The translations under genes were made by a program, and so were the position numbers. From an uncultured Candidatus Rokubacteria bacterium (GTDB lineage: Bacteria; Methylomirabilota; Methylomirabilia; Rokubacteriales; CSP1-6), in NCBI GenBank assembly GCA_963789955.1, contig CAWBMV010000025.1, positions 1 through 11,924 of the forward strand: 11,924 nucleotides of DNA, in the 5' to 3' direction. The notes under the pieces were generated by a model. The model saw nothing but the letters and a program-made list of their open reading frames with translations, had not been told where the DNA came from and did no database searches. Below, one piece after another: positions 1 to 7,041 of this stretch. Each line of letters starts with the position of its first letter. The first letter of the stretch is position 1.

Positions 1-411
1 AGTTTGACCCTGGCCACCACCGCCCAGGCGCAGTGGCGAGACGAGAGACATGGGCCGGTGTTTCGGGACGAGCGCGCCCGCATCGAGCACCGGACGTTCG
101 TCCGTCACGAAGACTGGCACTTCGACCGTGGCCGTGGCTGGCGATTCGAGCACCGACCTGGATTCTGGTCCCCGTACTACGTCTGGTGGTGGACCGGCGG
201 CCGGGTCGTGATGCTCGCGGCGCCGACCGTCACCGTCGTCAACTACCCCACCGGCCAGTACCAGCTCCGGGGCGACGGGATCACGGTTCCTTACTACTGG
301 GCCTGGGTGCCGGCTCAGACCTACATCGCGCCGCCGCCGCCTGCCGTACCGGCCGCTCCGGATCTGCCGCCGGCCGGCTCTCCGCCCCCGCCACCTCCGG
401 CGGCCGGGTAG
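1..411 (+). CDS. 5'-truncated hypothetical secreted-type protein, Trp/Arg/His-rich with a Pro-rich C-terminal tail
   Basis: Frame is open from the window edge (AGT TTG ACC...). It begins with a signal-peptide-like end (LATTAQAQW), then RDER twice, Trp/Tyr-rich segments (FWSPYYVWWW, PYYWAW) and a poly-Pro tail. Stop TAG at 409-411. Confidence 0.65.
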   Translation, partial: SLTLATTAQAQWRDERHGPVFRDERARIEHRTFVRHEDWHFDRGRGWRFEHRPGFWSPYYVWWWTGGRVVMLAAPTVTVVNYPTGQYQLRGDGITVPYYWAWVPAQTYIAPPPPAVPAAPDLPPAGSPPPPPPAAG

Positions 412-450
412 GGTCGAAACAACACGATCCAATTGAGGAGGATTGAGACC

Positions 451-594
451 ATGGAACGACCGAATGTGTTCCGCCGCCTGGCGGCGACGTTCCTGCTCGC
501 GTGCGTCGTCACGATCAGCACCGCCGGGTGTCTTCTGGTGCCGGTCCCTGTGGGTGGCGGCCACGGCGGATACCATCATCGTGGTCGCTGGTAG
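451..594 (+). CDS. 47-aa small putative lipoprotein (not in the ORF track)
   Basis: Strong SD GAGGAGG at 435-441, ATG 451, TAG 592-594. Translation MERPNVFRRLAATFLLACVVTISTAGCLLVPVPVGGGHGGYHHRGRW shows a basic N-region, a hydrophobic core, a lipobox-like TAG-C and a Gly/His-rich tail. Confidence 0.75.
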   Translation: MERPNVFRRLAATFLLACVVTISTAGCLLVPVPVGGGHGGYHHRGRW

Positions 595-608
595 TCGCTC
601 GTAGCGAC

Positions 609-674
609 CGTTCGGCAACACTTTCGCGCGCAGCCTCCTGGTCTTGCCAGGGGGCTGCGCGTGCGTTCGGCAAC
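609..674. repeat. 17-bp stem-loop (625-663) flanked by 11-bp direct repeats CGTTCGGCAAC (609-619, 664-674)
   Basis: 625-641 pairs with 647-663 (two G-T wobbles), loop TCTTG. The two direct-repeat copies are identical. Confidence 0.7.
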
Positions 675-723
675 CTCCGCCGACTTGACTCGGTTCGCTC
701 GTCGGCGCTAAGGAAGAAGTGCC

Positions 724-1995
724 GTGAAGCGAGCCCGAGCGCGCGCCACGAAACCGAAGGCCGGTCCGTTCGACGGCTACCGCCGCCGCGACGTTCCCCC
801 GCCTGATCCCGAGCTGACCGAGGTCGGTCCGGGCACGCCGTGCGGCGAGTATCTGCGCCGCTTCTGGCAGCCCGTCGCGTTCGCGCGCGAGCTCACGTCG
901 GCGCCGCTGAGAACCCGACTCCTCGGCGAGGACCTGGTGGTGTTCCGCGATCGCGGCGGGCGCGTCGGCGTGCTACACCTGCATTGCGCGCATCGCGGGA
1001 CGTCACTCGAGTTCGGGATTCCGCTCGAGCGCGGCATTCGCTGCTGCTATCACGGCTGGGTGTACGACGTCGATGGACGGTGTCTGGAGACGCCGGGAGA
1101 GCCGGCGGGCAGCCGTCTCCGGGAGCGCATCTGGCAGGGCGCATATCCGACGCACGAGTTCGCGGGCCTTGTCTTCGCATATCTCGGCCCGCCGGACCGG
1201 CGCCCCGCATTTCCCGTCTACGACAGCTACGATGTGGCCGGCCATCAGCTGATGCCCGCCGCGAAGTTCATGCTCCCGTGCAACTGGCTCCAGGTGAAGG
1301 ACAACAGCATGGACCCGGTACACACCGCGTTTTTACACGCGCTCAGCAGCGGCTACCAGTTCACGCCGGCGTTCGGCGCCGTGCCCGAGCTCGACTGGAA
1401 GCTGACCGATGCCGGCATGGTCTACCTGGCGACGCGCCGGGTCGGCGATCTCGTGTGGGTCCGCGTCTGCGACTACATGCCGCCGAACATTCATCAGTTC
1501 ACGCGGGAGACCGAGGAAGCCGACGAGCCGAAGCCGGCGAGCCGGCCGGTGATCATTCGCTGGGCGGTGCCGAACGACGACACGCACACGACGAACTTCG
1601 AGCTCGCGCAGGTGGATCCGGCCTGGGGACTCTCGCCGGAGCAGGTCGGCCGGCCCGGGTTCGGCCAGTCCGACGATCGTCCCTACGACGAGCGGCAGCG
1701 CTTTCCCGCCGACTTCGACGCGCAGTCGAGCCAGCGCACGATCGCGGTCCACGCGCTCGAGAATCTCGCGTCGACCGACCGCGGCGTGATCATGCTCCGG
1801 CGCATCGTGCGCGACGGCATCCGCGCGGTGGCCCGCGGCCGCGACCCCTTTGGGACGCGCTGGCCAGAGGGCAAGACCATCCCGACGTTCACGCAGGACA
1901 TCGTGCTGCGGGTCCCAGTCGCGGCGAGCGCGGAGGCCGATCGGAAGCTTCTGCGAGCGACGGGGCGGTCGGTGCTCGCGAACGGGCGGAGCTGA
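724..1995 (+). CDS. Rieske non-heme iron oxygenase alpha subunit (phthalate 4,5-dioxygenase/LigX-like aromatic oxygenase)
   Basis: N-terminal LTEVGPGTPCGEYLRRFWQPV, Rieske motif CAHRG...CCYHGW, mononuclear Fe motif NSMDPVHTAFLH, C-terminal ENLASTDRGVIMLRR. GTG start with purine-rich AGGAAGAAG upstream. Confidence 0.92.
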   Translation: MKRARARATKPKAGPFDGYRRRDVPPPDPELTEVGPGTPCGEYLRRFWQPVAFARELTSAPLRTRLLGEDLVVFRDRGGRVGVLHLHCAHRGTSLEFGIPLERGIRCCYHGWVYDVDGRCLETPGEPAGSRLRERIWQGAYPTHEFAGLVFAYLGPPDRRPAFPVYDSYDVAGHQLMPAAKFMLPCNWLQVKDNSMDPVHTAFLHALSSGYQFTPAFGAVPELDWKLTDAGMVYLATRRVGDLVWVRVCDYMPPNIHQFTRETEEADEPKPASRPVIIRWAVPNDDTHTTNFELAQVDPAWGLSPEQVGRPGFGQSDDRPYDERQRFPADFDAQSSQRTIAVHALENLASTDRGVIMLRRIVRDGIRAVARGRDPFGTRWPEGKTIPTFTQDIVLRVPVAASAEADRKLLRATGRSVLANGRS

Positions 1996-1996
1996 G

Positions 1997-3165
1997 CTAG
2001 AGCCGCGCCTCGTCGATCTTCAGGCCGAGCCAGTAGCGGCCGACCAGCTCGTAGTGCGCGAGTCGTCCCTGAAGATGCTGCGTGATGACGTGGATATCCT
2101 GGAAGTGGCGCTGGAGCAGATGATCCTCGTAGGCGGCCGTCGCGCCCGCGGCGTTGTACACGCTGTCGATGATCTGCGCGGCGAGCCGGATCCCGTGCGT
2201 CGTGGCCAGCCGAAGATTCGCGCGATGCTCGAGCGCTGAGCGCGTTCGTTCACGCTGGCCGCCCACGCCTCGCGGACCGCCTCGACGAGAAACGCGCGGC
2301 CGGAGCGTAGCGCGGCCTCGGCCTGCCCGACTGTCAGCTGGATCATCGGCTGCTCGCGCAGCAAGGTCGGCATCGCGCGTGGGGTCTTGGCGCCGGCCAG
2401 CTCGCCGAACGTCTCCAGGCACGTGCGCGCCATCCCGAACGCGACCGCGGCGTCGCCCGAGGCGAACAGCAAGCGTTCGCGGAATCCGGTAGAGCGGCGC
2501 GTCCTCGATCAGCGGCGCGGTTCCGAGAGCACGGTGCGCTCGGTCGGCACGAAGACGTCGTTGACCGCGAAGTGGTGCGTGCCCGTGCCGCGCATGCCGC
2601 GCGTGTGCCAGGTGTCGAGCAGCTCCGCCTCCGCGACCGGCACGAACATGTAGCGCGCCTCGGGCTGCGCCGTCTTCCATGCGGATCTGACCGTTCTCGG
2701 TGATCTGCGCGTGCGCGGCGACCCACGATGCGTGCCGGCAGCCGGTGCTGAACCCCTGGCCGCCGGGCCGGTGACGCGATAGCCGCCCGGCACCACGATC
2801 GCCTTGGCGGTCGCCGCCGGGGTGTTCGCCACGACGGCGCGCGGCACGTCGACCCAGATCGTGCGGGCGACCGCGCGCGGCATGCGCGCGGCGTAGGTGC
2901 CGAAGATCGCGCCCTGGTTCAGGCACCAGCCGGTGCTCGCGTCGGCCTTGCCGATCTCTTCGATGACCTGGATGTAGGTCGGCAGATCGATCTCGCCGCC
3001 GCCGATCGCGCGCGGGATCGCCATATGGAACAGGCCGGCGTCGGCCATCGCCTCGAAGAGCGGGCGCGGCAGCTCGCGCTGCTTCTCGATCTCGTCCGCG
3101 GCGGAGCGGATCTGGGGAACGAGCTTGCGGGCGGCGTCGAGGGGCGAGCGGCCGTCGGTGTCCAG
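1997..3165 (-). CDS. Acyl-CoA dehydrogenase-fold flavin-dependent monooxygenase (HsaA-like hydroxylase); frameshifted as assembled
   Basis: A full-length protein can be stitched from three frames: PLDAARKLVPQIRSAADEIEKQRELP...ADASTGW...GFSTGCRHASW...DTWHTRGMRGTGTHHFAVNDVFVP...LFASGDAAVAFGMAR...LQRHFQDIHVITQH. Frame switches fall near 2762, 2668, 2522, 2471 and 2240. The start is uncertain because there is no in-frame ATG/GTG/TTG above 3048; CTG at 3165 is used here. Confidence 0.8.
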
Positions 3166-3181
3166 GGTGGGAGCTCGCGGG

Positions 3182-4070
3182 CTACGAGCCGGCCGCGACG
3201 AGCGCGGGCTCGTCGATGTCGAGAGTCGTCACGCGGCGAAGCTCACGGCGATACTTCGTGTCGTCGAATGGCCGCGCCCGGTGCATCGTCGCGCGGTTGT
3301 CCCAGATCACGAGATCGCCGACACGCCAGGCGTGACGATAGACGAACTCTCGCTGGGTCGCGTGCTCCGTCAGATCGCGCAGCAGGAGACGCCCCTCGGG
3401 CAGCGGCCAGTCGAGAATCCGTGTCTGGTGCGACGCCAGGTAGAGCGAACGGCGCGAGCGAGCGCGGGATCGTGCGCACCAGCGGGTGCACCGCGCCCTT
3501 CAGCTGATCCTGCTCGCTCTGGGAGAACTCGAACCCGAGGATCTGGCGTGAGTGGGCGATCGAATGGTGCGTGCGAAGCCCTTCGATCAGCGCCTTCGTC
3601 TCCGCCGGCAGCGTGTCGTAGGCGGCGCGCATATCGGCGAACTCGGTGTCGGCCGCGACCGGCGGCACCACGCGCGCGTGCAGCATCGAGTAGCGCCCCG
3701 CCGGATCCTTGAACGACGCGTCGGTGTGCCAGAGCCGATTGCCGAGCGTGTAGTGGCGCCGGCGATCGTCGGCCTTCATGAGCTCGCCTTCGGCGTCGAC
3801 ATTCGAGATGTCCGACAGCGCCTCGTTGCCGAAGCGATTCTTCGCGATCACGCGGCTGCCGGTGCCCTCGTGCAGCTTGCCGTCCAGACGCTGGGCAAAC
3901 GCGAGCTGCTCAGCGTCCTCGAACGGCTGGTCGCGGAAGACGAGCACGGCATACTTGTCCATGCCGGCGCGGATCTCGGCGAGGATCTCCTCGTCGTGGA
4001 CCGCGCGGAGCTCGATCGGGCTGGCTTCACCGACGAACACTGGGTGGAGGTTCCGGAATGTCAGCGCCAT
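3182..4070 (-). CDS. TauD/TfdA family Fe(II)/alpha-ketoglutarate-dependent dioxygenase; one frameshift near 3458
   Basis: ATG 4070 (MALTFRNLHPVFVGE). HxD motif GNRLWHTDASF, then DTEFADMRAAYD and HPLVRT. After a +1 shift the frame reads RRSLYLASH...WRVGDLVIWDNRATMHRARPFDD...RRELRRVT to TAG at 3184-3182. Confidence 0.88.
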
Positions 4071-4079
4071 AATCTCAAG

Positions 4080-4109
4080 AGGGTAGGACGACCCGGGCCG
4101 GTCCGTCAA
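4080..4109 (-). promoter_or_regulatory. Possible sigma70 promoter for the TauD/TfdA gene
   Basis: Minus strand TTGACG-N18-TACCCT, 9 nt before the ATG, with no SD. Confidence 0.35.
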
Positions 4110-4116
4110 GCGATTG

Positions 4117-4135
4117 CCCGGCGGAATTCGCCGGG
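4117..4135. terminator. GC-rich hairpin downstream of vapC (possible terminator or pause site)
   Basis: CCCGGCG-GAATT-CGCCGGG is a perfect 7-bp stem about 30 nt after the vapC stop. There is no U-tract. Confidence 0.35.
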
Positions 4136-4164
4136 AAGGCGTGAGCTTGCGTAGGGTTGGGCGT

Positions 4165-4644
4165 TCAGGCGGGGTAGACGGCGAGACCGCGGGCGCGGGC
4201 CGCCGCAGCCAGGCGAGTGTCGAATGTCGCCAACGACGCGGCACGCCCCGACGTCGCGAGCGCCAGATGAAGGGCGTCGGCGGCACGCAGCGAGGTGCCC
4301 TCGAGCGCCAGCAGGAAGTGCTCCGCTCGGCGGTGCACATCGCGGGTCAGCTCGACGCGATGATAGACGCCCTCGTCGAGACGCTGGAGCACCGCGTGCT
4401 GAAGCCGCCGCGCCGCCTCTCGGGTGAACGACCTCTGGTGCAGGCGTCGCGCGACCGCCGAGACGATCTCGGTGACGGCCAGATCGGACACGAGCACATC
4501 ATCCCGGCCCTCTACGACCTCGTTGAATTCGTCGCTTCCTGGTTCGGGCAGGTAGAGCTTCAGCAGGGCGCTGGTATCGCAGTAGAGGGGGCCGGGGAGC
4601 TTCGCGCGATAGGCGGCCCTTCGCTCGGCGAGCCGTGCGGGCGT
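4165..4644 (-). CDS. vapC: PIN-domain (VapC family) toxin
   Basis: The frame upstream of the ORF-track start (4497) encodes the PIN N-terminus LYCDTSALLKLYLPEPGS. Later motifs are TEIVSA, LRAADALHLALA and LATFDTRLAAAA. The only SD-preceded candidate start I found is ACG at 4644-4642. Confidence 0.85.
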   Translation of the reverse strand, partial: TPARLAERRAAYRAKLPGPLYCDTSALLKLYLPEPGSDEFNEVVEGRDDVLVSDLAVTEIVSAVARRLHQRSFTREAARRLQHAVLQRLDEGVYHRVELTRDVHRRAEHFLLALEGTSLRAADALHLALATSGRAASLATFDTRLAAAARARGLAVYPA

Positions 4645-4651
4645 GCGTCTC

Positions 4652-4888
4652 CTAGAGGCGATCTGCGCGGTCCCGGGCGACAGTGGCGGACAGCGGAGGG
4701 TCGAGGACCGGCATCTTGCGGCGGAACGACGCCAGGTTCGGCACGGTTTTTCCGCGCGGGCGATCCGGCGGCACCAGCTTGGCCACGGGCCTCCCGCGCT
4801 CCGTGATCAGGACCTCGCGACCCTTGCGAACTTCGTCGAGAAGAACGGAGAGATTCTGGCGGGCCTCGCGTACTCCGGCGGTGCGCAC
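4652..4888 (-). CDS. Phd/YefM family antitoxin (prevent-host-death) of a type II TA module
   Basis: MRTAGVREARQNLSVLLDEVRKGREVLITERGRPVAKLVP is a typical Phd/YefM N-terminus. 78 aa, directly upstream of the PIN toxin. Confidence 0.92.
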   Translation of the reverse strand: MRTAGVREARQNLSVLLDEVRKGREVLITERGRPVAKLVPPDRPRGKTVPNLASFRRKMPVLDPPLSATVARDRADRL

Positions 4889-4894
4889 CCGATG

Positions 4895-4923
4895 ATTGTG
4901 CTACATGTAGCACATAGTGTCAA
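4895..4923 (-). promoter_or_regulatory. sigma70 promoter of the TA operon with an 18-bp palindromic operator
   Basis: Minus strand TTGACA (4923-4918)-N17-CACAAT (4900-4895). The perfect palindrome TGTGCTACATGTAGCACA at 4897-4914 covers the spacer and the -10 box. Confidence 0.85.
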
Positions 4924-5010
4924 TGGCCGGCCTGCCTGTCTTCAATCTTCGGTCAGGACGACGATAGTCCGACGTCTCGTGGCAGAGCGGCGTGGCATGT
5001 CCCTGGAGCG

Positions 5011-7041
5011 CTACGCCGTCAACACGCCCGTATGGATGGCGCGGACTTCCACCTCGGAGAGGTCGGTGCCGGCGAGCATGCGCATGGCGATTGGCGCGAG
5101 CTCGGCCACTGCGCCACCACCGGCAGGTGACGCCACGGGGCCGACCACCCAGGCTCGCAGCGGCGCGCCGCGCGGGTTCACGAATTCGACGACCGCACCG
5201 GCGGTCACGCCGAGCCGCGTCGCGGCCTCTGTGCTCAGCCGAACTTCGCGTCCACTCTGAGTGTCGAGACCGGCTCCGGCGATCACTCGGACGCGCAGTC
5301 GGGTCGCGCGCAGCGACGAGCGCCTCGCCGCGGTGGCAGCGGCATCGGGCGCGCCCTGGCGTAGCACGACCCCGTAGATCGCCTCGGCGGCCGCCGGCGT
5401 GACGTAGCCCTCGCCCACGTCCGCGGCGACACGCTCCGGATCGCGTTCAAGGGGGTCGCCGAAGCCACCGCCACCGCTCGACTCCATCAGCAGCACGTCA
5501 CCAAGCTCGAGCGGAAATCCGCTCACTTTGCCGGGCAGCGGGGACGATTGGACACGCCGACCGTTTCGGCGGACCCAGAATCGATTGGTCGCGCCGGCCG
5601 CGCCACCCGAAACGCCGAACGGCGGCAGCACCGACTTCTCGGCGAGCACCGACAGCTGAGTGCCGGACGCCTGGATCCGCACCTCGCGCGTGAGACCGAG
5701 CCCGCCGCGCCAGCGTCCGGGGCCGCCCGAATCCTCGCGCAGCGCGGTGCGCTCGATGCGGACGGGATAGAGCTGCTCGACGGCCTCGATGGGCTGGAGC
5801 GTCGTCATGTCGCTCTCGGTCCACGTGCGCACGGTGTTGCTGCCGTCGCCGCCGTCGAAGCCGCCGGTGCCGCCGGCCGGGTACTCGTAGAAGATGAACG
5901 TCTCGTTCGTCTGTGGATGAGGCCCCCCGACGTAGCAGTGATTGCCGCCGCCCTTGAGGTCGCCCGCGATCTTGCCGTCGAGCGCCTGGGCGAGGGCGCC
6001 CATCACGGCCGACTCCACGCAGTACTTCACCTCGACCATACCGCCGCACGGCGCGGGCGGGTTGGCGTTCACGATCGTGCCCGGCGGCGTGATCACCGTG
6101 AGCGGCCGGAAGGCGCCCGAGTTCACATCGGAGCCGGGATCGAGGAACGACTTGATGATCGTGAAGGCGCCGGTCGGCGCCATCGCAGGGCCGACGTTGG
6201 TCGGCCCGAGCGTCTGGGGCGAGGTGCCGGCGAGATCCACCGTGATCGTGTCGCCGGCGACGGTGACTCGGGCACGCACCGTGAGCGGCTCGAGCCGCTC
6301 GGTGCCGGCCTCCAGATGCGCCTCGTAGACGTATTCGCCGGCGCGAAGCCCGCGGATGGCGCGGCGCATCCGGCCCTCGGCGCGATCCATGAGCTCCGCC
6401 ACGGCGTCGCGGATCGTCACGGCGCCGTAGCGCGCGACCAGCTCTTCGACCCGCTCGGCGGCCTTCCGGCAGGTCCCGAGCATCGCCTGAAAGTCGCCGC
6501 GCCGCTCGCGGGGGCCGCGCATGTTGCTGAAGATCAGATCGAGCGCGGCCTCGTTCGGCCGGCCGCGATCGACGATCCTGATCGGGGGGATGCGCACGCC
6601 TTCCTGGAAGATCTCGGTCGCGCGGCCCGAGAGGCTGCCCGGGCTCATCCCGCCCACGTCACCCCAGTGCGCGCGCACGACGGGGAACACGAACATGTCA
6701 CCGTCCGCGGCGAAGAGCGGATAGATCATGGCGACGTCGTTGAGATGGGTGCCGCCCGTGTACGGCTCGTTGTGCAGGAAGATGTCGCCGGGGTGGATGT
6801 CGTCGCCGAACTTCTCCCGCATGGCCTTCATCGACCAGCTGACCGGCACGATGTGGAGCGGGTGATCCTGGCCCTTGGACATGGCGACGATCTGAGCCTG
6901 CCCGTCCATGAGCACGCAGGAGAAGTCTTCGCCCTCGTAGAGGATCGACGAGAACGCGGTGCGCACCAGGGTCACGCGCATCTCGCGCACGATCGACACG
7001 AACGCCTCGCGCAGCACTTCGAGGGTGATGGGATCGATCAC
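5011..7041 (-). CDS. Hydantoinase B/oxoprolinase family protein with a C-terminal extension
   Basis: MIDPITLEV...EMRVTLVRTAFSSILYEGEDFSC, NEPYTGGTHLND, RAHWGDVGG..PGS, EIFQEG, DSGGPGRWRGGLG, GGGGFGDPLERDP. The GTG start overlaps the A-subunit stop (GTGA at 7041-7038). Confidence 0.93.
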   Translation of the reverse strand: MIDPITLEVLREAFVSIVREMRVTLVRTAFSSILYEGEDFSCVLMDGQAQIVAMSKGQDHPLHIVPVSWSMKAMREKFGDDIHPGDIFLHNEPYTGGTHLNDVAMIYPLFAADGDMFVFPVVRAHWGDVGGMSPGSLSGRATEIFQEGVRIPPIRIVDRGRPNEAALDLIFSNMRGPRERRGDFQAMLGTCRKAAERVEELVARYGAVTIRDAVAELMDRAEGRMRRAIRGLRAGEYVYEAHLEAGTERLEPLTVRARVTVAGDTITVDLAGTSPQTLGPTNVGPAMAPTGAFTIIKSFLDPGSDVNSGAFRPLTVITPPGTIVNANPPAPCGGMVEVKYCVESAVMGALAQALDGKIAGDLKGGGNHCYVGGPHPQTNETFIFYEYPAGGTGGFDGGDGSNTVRTWTESDMTTLQPIEAVEQLYPVRIERTALREDSGGPGRWRGGLGLTREVRIQASGTQLSVLAEKSVLPPFGVSGGAAGATNRFWVRRNGRRVQSSPLPGKVSGFPLELGDVLLMESSGGGGFGDPLERDPERVAADVGEGYVTPAAAEAIYGVVLRQGAPDAAATAARRSSLRATRLRVRVIAGAGLDTQSGREVRLSTEAATRLGVTAGAVVEFVNPRGAPLRAWVVGPVASPAGGGAVAELAPIAMRMLAGTDLSEVEVRAIHTGVLTA

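Noticed and set aside
4071..4340. N-terminal extension of the TauD ORF to 4340 and its listed end at 3243
   Set aside because: The extension overlaps vapC in another frame. The family N-terminus begins at ATG 4070 and the true C-terminus is in the shifted frame ending at 3182.
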